Assembly (NCBI GenBank): GCA_030390025.1
Contig: CM059432.1
Span: forward strand, 120,034,001 to 120,098,000
DNA from: Squalus acanthias
Lineage: Eukaryota
DNA length: 64,000 bases
Direction: 5' to 3'
A program made the position numbers and the translations under genes. Shown piece after piece: positions 50,096 through 61,677 of the stretch (its first letter is position 1; every line of letters begins with the position of its first letter). The notes under the pieces were generated by a model. The model saw only the letters and a program-made list of their open reading frames with translations, was not told the DNA's origin and ran no database searches.

Positions 50096-52858
50096 GGCCC
50101 AAAAATTAGTGTTACTACGCGAGAGTACGCACTGTGTACTCTCGCGTATTCTGTCTCCAATTGCCGGTTTTCTGCATGCACTGCGCATGCGCTGAAAACC
50201 GGCACTTCATGTTGGGTCACCTGCAGGTATCTCCGAGGAATCGCGTGGGTCGGAGATTCTGCGCGTGCGTCTTGAACTTCAATATATTTGTGAATGAAAG
50301 TAGTGTGTGTAAGCTCCTAGCAGTTACACATGTAAAAAGCAGGAGTAACAGCCATTTTTGAAGATCCGGAGACAGCAGGAGGAATAAATCCTTTTGCAGT
50401 GGGGCTACTGAAGTGAGTTTTTTAAATCTGAAAGCCACCAAAGTTTATTTAATTAAGTCTTAGATAAGTTTGCAATTTTAAAAAAAGTTTAAAAACGGGT
50501 TTTGACCATTTGGAGTAGTATAGCAACTGTGGGTGTGTACAAGGCATATTTAGGTATCTATCATAAATGTGAAAATGAAAGTTTAAAAATGAACTATTTA
50601 CATTTCAAAAAGTTTTAAAGATGAAAATGAGTAAGTATGTATGTATGTATGTATGTATGCATTAATTTATGAAAATGTTACAGTTCTGGAAAATCAACTA
50701 GGGCCGTGTGGCGGGTAGATGTGTTCCCAATCCGATAGCGCACGTTTCCCACCATAGCCCAACCTGATTTTATAGCCACTCACTTAACTAAAGTTACTTT
50801 AACAACTATTTCCATTTTTTCATTACAACTTTCTGTTTGAAGAGGAAGCCTGTGAGGGAGAAAGATGCCCTTTCACAATCAATTCCTGTTCCTCTGTGGG
50901 ATTGTGTATCAGAGAATTTTTGAATACAGACAACTAATCAGATGGAGGAACCAAGCCCGTCTCCTCCAGAGAAGGAGAAACTACTACCCACCAAATAGAG
51001 TGTACAGGGAGAGGCTGTCATTTGAGATGCTGTCGGAGGAGTTGTGTGTGAGGAGGCTGCGCTTCAGTAAATAGTCAATTGGCCGAATCTGTGACATTTT
51101 AAAGGAGGACCTTCAAACACGCTCGAAGAGCCGCTATGCATTGTCAGTGAGCATGAAGGTAACCACAGCACTGAACTTCTTTGTAAGTGGGACTTTTCAG
51201 GCAAGCACCGGTGACATTTCCAACATATCCAAGAATGCTGCGAGGGCCTGCATTCACCAGGTCACAGAAGCCATTTTCCGTAGGGCTTCTGAGTTCATTA
51301 ACTATGACTTGTCCGCTCGCCATCAAAAGGAGATGGCGCTTGCATTTCATAACATTGCTGGATTCCCCAAAGTGATTGGGGCCGTCGATGGAACCCATGT
51401 AGCATTGAAGGCACCAGGGGTTGCACCTGTGACATTTATCAACAGGAAGGGGTTTCATTCATTGAATGTCCAGATTGTCTGTGATGCGCATCTCAGGATC
51501 TTAAATGTGAATGCAAGTAACCGTGGAAGTAATCATGACTCCTTCGTCCTCCGTAACTCTAACTTATATGGCGCCCTCAACGCATTGCCTCCAGGATCCG
51601 CATGGATATTGGGCGACAAGGGCTACCCGCTAAGACCATGGCTGATGACTCCCTACCGCAAGACCAATAATGAGGCTCAGGAGAGATACAACCAGGCACA
51701 CGTGTCCACACGGCAAGTGGTGGAGAGGACAATCGGAGTTCTGAAATCACGCTTCCGGTGCCTGGACAGGTCAGGGGGGACCTTGCAGTATTCTCCTCTG
51801 AAAGTGGCAAAGATTGTGGTGGTCTGTTGTGCTTTGCATAACTTTGCCCTGCGGGAAGGACTGACCCTTAACGCTGCAGATGAACTACCTGCAGAAATGG
51901 AGGACGTGGACAATGCCAATGTGCCTGTGGGAAGGCATGATGGGGAAGAGCCAACTGCTGCTCAAAGTAAGGCTGTTCGGGAGCAGCTGGTAGCCAACAC
52001 CTTCACGAGGTAGTGTCGCCTTGTACCTCCCCCTCCCCCTCCCTCTCCCTCTCCACCAGCAAGGCAAATAAAGGTACAGACACAATTTAAAGTGAAACAG
52101 TGCTCTTTTATTGCAGCATTATAGACTTCTGAGGTTCATTGTTGATGTACATAGTTTATAACTTTTCAATGTTAACTAGTTACTTTTCAACTTTGTAAAC
52201 AATCGTAAACAGAAATAGGTTATAAAAAAATTTGTAAACAGTTCTGACTTACTTTTTTGCTTCGTTAATGCAATAAAGACATTCAAGATGGAAAATAACT
52301 CTTTCCTAAATGTAAAAAAGTTTTAATGTTCAATTTTTTTGTGCAAATAAACAATTTGAATTTTTAAAAAGTGACTAGAGGCTGTACTTTTTCAATGAAA
52401 AGCTTACTTTCAGTAACAATGAAAAAAATGATTTCTGGGCTTTTAAAACTATTTAAATTACTTTAAATCTCTTTGCAACTGTTTAAAATTACTCCAATTC
52501 AACTAAAAATCTTTAAAAGTTTTCAAAACATGCATTTAAATCCAACTTACTTTAACTGCCACGTCTACCACTGATAGAATTGTGTCTTCAGCTGCTGGGA
52601 AACTGCATTCAATTAAGAAAAAAATTGGGGGCATGGCCTATGGAAAAGAGACCTTAATGGGCGTGTCTTCACTCCACATCGCACGCGATGCAACGCGCAC
52701 GCTGCGCTGCAGGGCAGTGTGACGTCATACGCTGCCCTGCACTCCAGCTCAAAAAAGATGAAGTTCCTCCGTGGAGAAATGGAAACGGCAGACGCGGTAT
52801 GTATTACCGCGCCTGCTCCTTACCCCCGCGTGAAGAGAGAGAGATTAATTTCTGGGCC
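50096..52858 (+). mobile_element. Harbinger transposon encoding only a transposase
   Basis: TIRs GGCCCAAAAATTA / GGCCCAGAAATTA; TSD ATG (50093-50095, 52859-52861); no recognisable second gene. Confidence 0.9.
50865..52013 (+). pseudogene. Harbinger (HARBI1-family) DDE transposase, 382 codons with one in-frame TAG at 51072
   Basis: ORFs 50865..51074 and 51141..52013 share a frame; GAVDGTHV, NRKGFHSLNVQ, GSNHDS, LGDKGY, VVERTIGVLKSRFRCLD and CCALHNF are all present. Confidence 0.9.
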
Positions 52859-53757
52859 ATGGTGTTGGTGAAAAGTGGACAGCAGGATATTAGGATATTC
52901 CATAAACCTATCAGTGCTCATTTAAAAGATCGGGACCTGGCAATAATAGACAGCAGGGAGTGAACCTGCCATGTATTGTATTTACTTAATTCAGAAACTG
53001 GTCACTCCTGAACTGACTTCCCTTTCTAAAGGTCTCTTGCCTTCTTACTGTTCTTTTCATCAGACTGCAGATTTCTCTGTGGCTGCTACTTTGTGATCAG
53101 TTGACAGAGGTGTAAGTGGAATAGAGACAGCCGACTCACATTTTTTCCTACCCCTGAGGTGCCTTGCTCCACTTCTGAAAGACACTCCACTTAGCAGCTT
53201 GGACAGGAACTCATTACCAAGGCACTGTGTGAAATTGAGTGTCAGACAGGCCTGTTTAACAGGACACAAGATACAATTTGGCAAAATTGAAACCTTACAT
53301 AAACTGGAAAGTAGAAAAAAAAATGGAAAGGCAACCTTAAGGAAACCCTTGACACAACCCATTAAACAAATTAAGATAAAACAACCATTGACAAATGAAT
53401 GGCTGAGTACAACTCCAGGAAATAGTTTTCTGGGTTCCTTACTTTTCATCATCAGTAGAAGCAAGACGCAAAAAATAAAACTTCAACAAGCTACAAGAAT
53501 ACGCAAACAAAATTACCATGGCAACCAAAAGAAAATCTATTGGGAGAAAACTCCGATCAAAGTGTCTCCACAAGAAAGAATGTTAGCCATTGAGAAATTT
53601 ACACCTGAAGCAAGCTTAAGTCCAGTAAAGATAGTGGAGCAAGAACACTCAGATTATAGATAGGAAGATGGTAGACGATCCAAAATTTTTCAGGGAAACA
53701 AATAAGCTGCTAGCCATTCTCTGCCATATCAACCACATTAGTGACATAAAAAGCCTT

Positions 53758-55262
53758 AACAACAACAACAACTTGTATTTATACAGCTCCTTTAACGTAG
53801 TAAAACGTCCCAAGGCGCTTCACAGGAGTATTTTAAGACAAAAAATTTGACACCGAGTCACATAAGGATAAATTAGGGCAGGTGACCAAAAGCTTGGTCA
53901 AAGAGGTAGGTTTTAAGGAGCGTCTTAAAGGAGGAAAGAGAGGTAGCGAGGGGGAGAGGTTTAGGCAGGGAATTCCAGAGCTTAGGACCTAGGCAACAGA
54001 AGGCACGGCCACCAAAGGTTGAGCGATTATAATCAGGAATGCTCAAGACGGCAGAATTAGAGGAACACAGGTATCTTGGGGGGTTGTGGGGCTGAAGGAG
54101 ATTATAGAGATAGGAAGGGGCGAGGCCATGGAGGGATTTGAAAACAAAGATGAGAATTTTGAAATCGAGGCGCTGCTTAACTGGGAGCCAATGTAGGTCA
54201 GCGAGCACAGGGGAGATGGGCGAACGGGACTTGGTGTGAGTTAGGACATGGGCAGCCGAGTTCTGGATGAACTCAAGTTTACGTAGGGTGGAATGTGGGA
54301 GGCCAGCCAGGAGTACGTTGGAATATTCAAGTCTAGAGGTAACAAAGGCATTGATGAGGATTTCAGCAGCGGATGAGCTGAGGCAAGGGCGGAGACAGGC
54401 GATGTTACGGAGGTGGAAGTAGGCGGTCTTAGTTATGCTGCAGATATGTGGTCGGAAGCTCATTTCAGGGTCAAATATGACACCAAGGTTGTGGACAATG
54501 TAGTTCAGCCTCAGACAGATGTTAGGCAGAGGGATGGAGTCAGTGGCTAGGGAACGGAGTTTGTGGCGGGGACCGAAAACAATGGCTTCGGTATTCCCAA
54601 TATTTAATTGGAGAAAGTTTTTGCTTATCCACAACTGTATGTCAGACAAGCAGTCTGACAATTTAGACACTGTGGAAGGGTTGAGAGAAGAGGTAGTGAG
54701 GTAAAGCTGGGTGTCGTCAGCATACATGTGGAATCTGACACTGGGTTTTTGGATGATGTCGCCAAGGGGCAACATGTAGATGGGAAATAGGAGGGGTCCA
54801 AGGATAGATCCTTGGGGGACACCAGAGGTAACGGTGTGGGAGCGGGAAGAGAAGCCATTGCAGGTGATTCTCTGGTTACGATTAGATAGATAAGAATGGA
54901 ACCAGGCGCGTGCAGTCCCACCCAGCTGGACGACGGTGGAGAGGCATTGGAGAAAGATGGAGTGGTCAACCGTGTCAAAGGCTGCAGACAAGTCAAGAAA
55001 GACGAGGAGGGATAGTTTACCTTTGTTGCAGTCACAAAGGATGTAATTGGTGACTTTGATGAGAACCGTTTCGGTACTGTGGCAAGGGCGGAAACCTGAT
55101 TGGAGGGATTCATACATGGAATTGCAGGAAAGATGGGCATGGATTTGGAAGGCAACAACATGTTCAAGGACTTTGGAGAGGAAAGGGAGGTTGGAGATAG
55201 GACAGTAGTTTGCAAGGACGGAGGGATCATGGTTTGGTTTTTTGAGGAGAGAGGTGATGATG
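53758..55262 (-). mobile_element. 5'-truncated L2 LINE with long open RT frame (ORF 53873..55117)
   Basis: QSGFRPCHSTET, LDLSAAFDTVDH, GVPQGSILGP and YADDTQLY; (AAC)n tail at 53758. Confidence 0.93.
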
Positions 55263-56999
55263 CCAGATACTTAACCTATGATACTTGTCAATGGAAATTT
55301 AAGGGAAATATATAAGCAAACATATTTGCTAACGTCACAATGGGGCCATTTTGACTTTGTGTGATAGTGTACAATGGGTGATATTGAATCGACAGCCCGT
55401 GTTACAATACTCCCCACTTTTATTTCCATTGACAATGTAACAGGAAAATCTCCCCTTATAGCTTAAGTACATTGATGTTTATCTGTGAGATGAACAAAGT
55501 CAAAATGGTGTGATACCATCTTACCTGGATTGACTTCCATTGTGAAATACATCAGAAGAATTTCCGAAATCAGCTGTAACCTGAGTACCTTCAGCAACCT
55601 CAACACTCCTGCACACTTCAGCAAGTCGACAGAGTCAAATTACAATCACTAACACAGACATCTGTGTAGCTCTATCGACAACAACCCTTGTACATGAGCA
55701 CTTAAAGTGAAAGGAAAACCTAAGGAGATTACTTTCTGTTTAAAATACTCTCCAGCTCTGTCTGAAAAAAATAAAGATTGGTGAATTTGTTGCCTTGCAG
55801 AGGCCTGTCATTTTGAGACTCCTTCTCTCGGATGTTCTGTGATGTATGTTAAGGGGTATGATTTTGTGCATCCTGGAGCAGCTCCATCCATTTCAATGGG
55901 TGGTCACTTTGGACTGGTCTGAGGACTAATCTGGAGCCACCCATGCCAAAGAAGGCCTCCATCCATTGATTATGTAGCAGTATCCAAGCTGGTGTACTTC
56001 CAAGCTAAGTCAATTTTCAGCTCATTTTATGTTGGGACTGTTGAATCTTTATAAAAAAAAATGAACCTGTTGTCGCTATAAAAATAGTATCCCTTCAACC
56101 CTCAAGGCACAGACTCATACTGGAATATGGTTCCCTGGGTGCTAGTACATTTACAATGCCTTGGATAACTGGCTATTCTTCACAAGTGAGTTTAGCCCAT
56201 GGGTGTTAGCAGGCTTTAAGGTTATGCCCCATTGTTCTGGACTCCCCCCACCAGAGGCAATAATCTCTCTCTATCTGTCCTAATATATCATTCGAACATA
56301 CGAACAATGACTGACAGTAAAAGACCTTCTGCTCCATCCAACCTGTCCCACACAATTGTTGTGCATCGCCATATATACACTCCACCCCACCCAAAACCAT
56401 GGCCCGAATTTTCCCGCTGCCATGCGTGTGGGTTTGGAGGCAGGTCGGCAGTAAAAGTTGCAGAAATTGCAAGTACACCGGGAATGCGCCATCATCCCGC
56501 CTCCTCGCACCTTTAACTCGGGCACGTTTGCCAGCGCAACACGGATCAGAACGGCAGAGGCTGGTGACCTAATTAAGCTCATTAAATCTGTGTTGTGAGA
56601 CGCTTAACAGGGATTTTAACCAGACCTTTTGATTTTTGCTGGATGACCATGGGAATCACGCAGCTCGGGAACCATGTCTGTCAAACTGAGGCGGAAGCTC
56701 AGTGGCCATTGAGCGAGGTCATTAATGCACAACATGGAAATCCAAATAAATACTCCCACATGACACTTGCTTACTTGCCTATGGGAAAGGCTCTTGCTGA
56801 CTCCATTTTGAGCACAGATTTAGGTATCGACCGGGAGAAATTTGGTTGGTTAGCACCTCCCATTAGCGTCTGGCGGGGACGCTAATGGGCCGCTAATAGA
56901 GTAGCGCCGGGGCGAGGCGAATCCAGCGCTGCACGGCAAATCCAGTCGCCCCTTAGCACCGCTGTTAACAGTTATTGCCTGGTGTTTTAGAGCCAGGCA

Positions 57000-58642
57000 G
57001 ATCATGACATCAGTGAGCAATGACGATGGCGGAGTACCAGTGGTGGGAGCAGGAATGCTGTCATCCTGAGAGAGGACAGCAGCTTCCTGCTCCACTGACC
57101 CACTGCCACTCCCTTGGGGCAGCACCTCAGCCTCACTACCAATCTGTTGGAGCACAGATTGCTGGCCTACTGCAACACCATGACGGTGGTCGACCCAACC
57201 ACGTTGGCAGCAGTCAGAGCTTGTGTGGCATCAAGCTGAGACTGCATGAGAGCAATCTGAGAATCAATGGCACCAAGCATAGTCTGCATTACAGCACTAA
57301 GACATTGCGTCGCTTCCGCCTGTGCTGCAATGGAAGCTGCGACATCGCCCATCACACACGGCATGAGGTCTGGGTCACCACGGTCTCTCTAGGAGTCTAC
57401 CATCCTTTGCAGACTGCAAATGATGGGCTCCATGGTGTGCGCAGAGCTCTGTGCAATGTTGGAGGCGGACTCCTCCACGCTCCTTACCATTGCCAAGAGG
57501 CTCTTGGGCATCCTTGCCATTGCACCTATCATCTCCGTGTGCATGCCCATCACCCTTCTTCTAAAGGCATCCCCATCGAGGTCATCATCTGAGTCCTAGC
57601 CAGCAGAACTCGCACACGAAATCACCCTCCGGGGAGCTGGTCCCCGAGCTACCCTTTCCCCTGGCCTTGCGGCAGCCCACTTATACCCGGTGCATCACCC
57701 TGTGCCGATCCCGCTACTTTCCTAGCCTCTAAAGAATGCGTTGTGCCAGTATCTGAGCTGGTGCCTGCGGGTGAGACATGCAGTGACGTGGTGTGTTCTT
57801 CCTCCTCGTCTTCTTCTGCCTTGCGTTCTATGGTGCCCTCAGGGACAGGCTGCTCAGGTGCTTGCTCATTATCTGAAAGTATAAAGGCACAAGAGTCGGT
57901 TTAAGGTGAGGGGAGGGGGGCAGGAAGGGAGAAAGGCATGCATATAGCATGATTAGCTGGAAAATGGGAAAGGCTTGTGGGGTGAGGGGGAAGTGGGATG
58001 TGAGAAGAAGGAGTCGGGATGAACATACCATTGTTGTCCCCAAGGGGGCCAACGTCGCCGGTGGCCACGGCGCCCACCACCTGGCGCCCAATGATTTTCG
58101 CACTCTTTCCTCCAGCTCAGAAAGTGGTTGGGTGTCAGCTTGTCCCCCGCCTGTGCACTCCTGCTCCCTCCTGTTGTGAGCGACCTTAGCCTGCAAGAGA
58201 AAGGAAAGTGTGTGAGTGAGTGTGGAGCAATGTGTTTGGGTGATGTGCCTGCCATAGTTGAATAGCTGTCATTGTGTGCAAGATGTGAGATGTGGGTGTG
58301 AGTGTTGGTAGGTGGAGATTGTTGGTGGGTGAGTGCTGGGGGTGTGATGCTTTGAGTAGTGTGTGAAGACTGTGGTTCAGATGGTGGTATGTAGCATTTG
58401 TTGAAGCATTGACTCACCCTGATCACCCGAGTGAGGTTGTTATATTACTTCCTGCACTGTGTCTGGATCCTGGCGACCACAGTGATGCCCGAGACGTGCA
58501 TGGCGCGGAAGACATGTGGTGAGGGCCTCCTGCCACTTGCCGGGTACAGCACCGCCCTCCGTCTCTCCACAGCGAGGACCAATGCCTCCAATGCTTGGTC
58601 GCAGAATCTGCGAGCTCTGTCCCTGGGCCGTTGATCTGCCAT
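57000..58642 (-). pseudogene. Harbinger Myb/SANT gene remnant A (three exons)
   Basis: Exon 1 MADQRPRDRARRFCDQALEALV...TQCRK (58642-58418, GT donor); exon 2 AKVAHNRREQECTGGG (58190-58029); exon 3 from 57872; GT-AG junctions visible. Confidence 0.7.
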
Positions 58643-58769
58643 AATGACATCTCCGTTAGTGGTCCGGTTCCTTCTCCTTGGCCTTCTGCTGCTTGCTGAG
58701 AAAGTTGCAGAACCAGCAATGCTGAGAATGAGGTTCTGCAGCATGATTGAACCTCCCCTTTAAGAACTG

Positions 58770-60140
58770 GAAAGAACCTGTGGCAATGATGACGAGCGAT
58801 TAGACTGCGACATGGTGGTGCTCATGTTGGAGATGCACTCTTGCATTCTCTGCACATTTGCAGACATCGCAGCTGCAAAACCAGTCAGAGCCTCCTGCAA
58901 TTCTTCCTGCACCTCCAGGATCGCCCTCTTTCTCGATGGCCCCCGAGGCTCAGCATCTGCATGCAGCTGAGCAGAGCTTGGAGTGTTCTGCGCTCTCCGG
59001 TGAGGAGTCTCTACTGCTGTTCCTGTCAACACCATCTGCTTTTGCTCACTTGTGAAATGTGAGACACCAGGTGACTACACTACACTGTCTCACATAGGAC
59101 CCACCGAGGTGTGCGGATCTGCGCTGATGCTGGGTACGCTTGGGTCTGGTGATGGTGTGCCCTCAGAGGCTGGATGCTTCTCTGAGGAGTGTGGAGGCTC
59201 CTCTGAGGAGTCGTTGTCCTCCTCCGGCTAGACAGTGGGAGGTGCTCTTGACGGACCTGTGGGAGAGTAAAGAGATGATTTAGAAATGTAATATGAAGAA
59301 TGGGTAACGATACCATTATGCACATGATGAACATTCACTGGCTGCTGACATTAGTCACCTTATGAGTGACTGCTGTATTTCATTTGGCTGTATTAGATGT
59401 AATTCTGTCACCAGGTTGCTGAGAAGTCCCCCTCTTTCTGTCTCCCACCGCCAGCAGCTCTGCAACTCTTGAGACCTCCAGGGCCACCTCCTCTGCTGCA
59501 GTTAAATTACTGAAGAATGGAGGGCCACCTCCAGTTCTCTCCCTCTCCCCATTGTTGTGGGCTCTCTTCTCCAAGGAGGGAAAGAAGAGAAGTTTGAGTG
59601 AGAGTGATGGAATGAGTATAAGGAATGTGTGGGTTACATCTGTAGAGGGTGACTATAAGGGAGTGTGGTACCAATGCCAAATGGCCTCTTTCTGTGGTGT
59701 TTCTTGGTATGATTACATTAGGATGAGGGTGAGTGTGAGGGGTGGTTAGTCAGATGGGGATGTGATAATGTCGATAGAGAGAGGGATGGGTGGATGTGCA
59801 AGGTATGTTGGCGTGAGAAATGATGTGCAGAAGTAGGCTTGGGAAGGCAGAGTGATGGGGATGTGATGAGAGGCACATCAGAATGACGGTGAGTGTGGCT
59901 TTGCACTCACCGTTCCTGATCTCATCAGATCATTGCATCTCTTCCTGCACTGTGTCCAGGCCCTCTTTATGACATCCCTGCTGCTGACCTCCTCAGCAAT
60001 TTGGAGCCAGGCCCTTTTGGTCTCTTGGAGAGGTCTCTCCCACCCATCAGCAAGGAAGAGGACCTCTCTGCGTGCTCTGACTCCCTCCAAAAGAACATGT
60101 AGGGATTCATCTGAAAAGTGGGTGCAGCCCTCTGTCTTTG
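58770..60140 (-). pseudogene. Harbinger Myb/SANT gene remnant B (three exons)
   Basis: Exon 1 EGVRARREVLF...AWLQIAEEVSS...TQCRKRCNDL (donor at 59910); exon 2 EKRAHNNGERERTGGGPP (acceptor mutated to TG); exon 3 from about 59255. Confidence 0.7.
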
Positions 60141-60784
60141 TAAACTAATTTTTCTAATTCTCAGCAACAACCGACTCCTCTCCAATACTCCCTCCACACT
60201 CCTATATCAACCTTCAAATGCAATGTGACCAAGGTTACTTTAAATATCCCCGCCGAAAATGAGTAATCGATGACGTCATCAGACCCGCACCCTATAATAG
60301 GGCCGGGATTCACGCAGGCCTGCCTTAACAGGGGCCATTACGCTAAAGTCGCTCTGAAGAGCGGGCTGATCAATACATCGCGGTACCGACCCGCTAGGTG
60401 GCCCGCACGCGCCCGACCAGACTCGGTTGGGAAAATTCTGGCCCACGTGATCTCCTGGGAGAGGCGAAAAAACAGATAAAAACCCAGTCCAATTTGGGGA
60501 AACAAAATCTGGGAAAATACTCTCTGACCCCCCGTAGGTGATCAAAACTAGTCCAGGAGATCATTCTGGCTCTGATAATTTTATGCTGTACCTACCTTTT
60601 GTACACGGTGACCTCCGCCCCAGCCAGTGATGGATCCAGTTCTCACTTGAAGGAATTCAGCAAATCGACGTTCACTGCACAAGCCGACAGCCTGTTCCAT
60701 AGTTTCACTATTCTCTGGGGAAAGAACCACCTCCTGACATCTAACCTAGATCTGGCCTTGTACAACTTAAAATTGTGACCCTTG

Positions 60785-61677
60785 GGGGTAAAAATTCACT
60801 TGGTTGCGCCTCCCGTTAGCGCCTTAAGAGGGCGCTAATGGGGCGCAAAGCCGCTAACGCCCGGGCGCAGCGATGTTTGCGCCGCTCGAGAACTTAACTT
60901 GAGATTGTGCGGCGGCGCTAAAACTTACCGCTGCGACCACCTGCGCGCGCAGATTGTGACGTCATTCCATGGTGCAATGCCCTTGTGGCGCCCCGTAGCG
61001 GAAATTGAGTGGCGCCCCCTGCCTTACCGCCTGGCGCTTCCAACGACCAGAAGACTGGAACGCTATCAATCGCTGTGGGGCTGGGGGGGGCGCTATTTAA
61101 AGGGGGCTTCTTCCTGTCTTTTATTGTTGGTGGCATTTTTGAACTACGCATTCTGAGAGAGAGAGGGAGAGACTTCTGGAGAGATTCAACGTTGTTTCAA
61201 GGAGTTTTGGGTACTGAGCAGCACTTTGCAGGTTCATTTTGATTTGCCATTCCTTGTATCGATTTAGCAGAGACTGTGGGGGCTGCACTCTGAACTCTTT
61301 GCCTGGTACGCTCCATTGTTCTTTCCAGCACATTTGATGTGCAAGTCTCTCCAGGCCGAGATTCAAGGCAGCAATGAACAGGATGTGGATGGAAAGCAAG
61401 ATTAGCCATCCCCTTTAAGAACTGGCCCGTGCCATTGTGTGTGTGTTCCATTGCTGACTGACATCACATGAGCTTCGCCAGCGCTCCGAGTTAGCGCCTC
61501 ACTGCTCGGCCTTTGCACCTTAAGAGAGGTGTGCAGCGCCTGCTTTAGCGCTCCACTCACCTCCCGGGGCGGTAAAAGTGAAGTTTCCTGTCAGTGCCGA
61601 TAATTAGCGCCAGGCGCTAATATTTGCGTCCGGACGATATTTGCGCCCCAAATGGGGCGCGACCTAATTTCTACCCC
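60785..61677. mobile_element. GC-rich Harbinger-type MITE, same family as 2773-3657
   Basis: TIRs GGGGTAAAAATT / GGGGTAGAAATT; TSD TTG (60782-60784, 61678-61680). Confidence 0.88.

Larger units (their letters stand above)
56401..60443 (-). mobile_element. Composite Harbinger derivative with two tandem Myb/SANT gene remnants and no transposase
   Basis: TIRs GGCCCGAATTTTCCC / GGCCAGAATTTTCCC, flanks cat / cac; two separate SANT-like first exons on -. Confidence 0.75.

Noticed and set aside
50865..52013. Host HARBI1 gene
   Set aside because: It is bounded by TIRs and a TSD and carries an in-frame stop, so it is a transposon copy.
53199..53663. 154-aa ORF as a host gene
   Set aside because: It has a non-ATG start, low-complexity Lys-rich composition, and no recognisable domain or exon structure.
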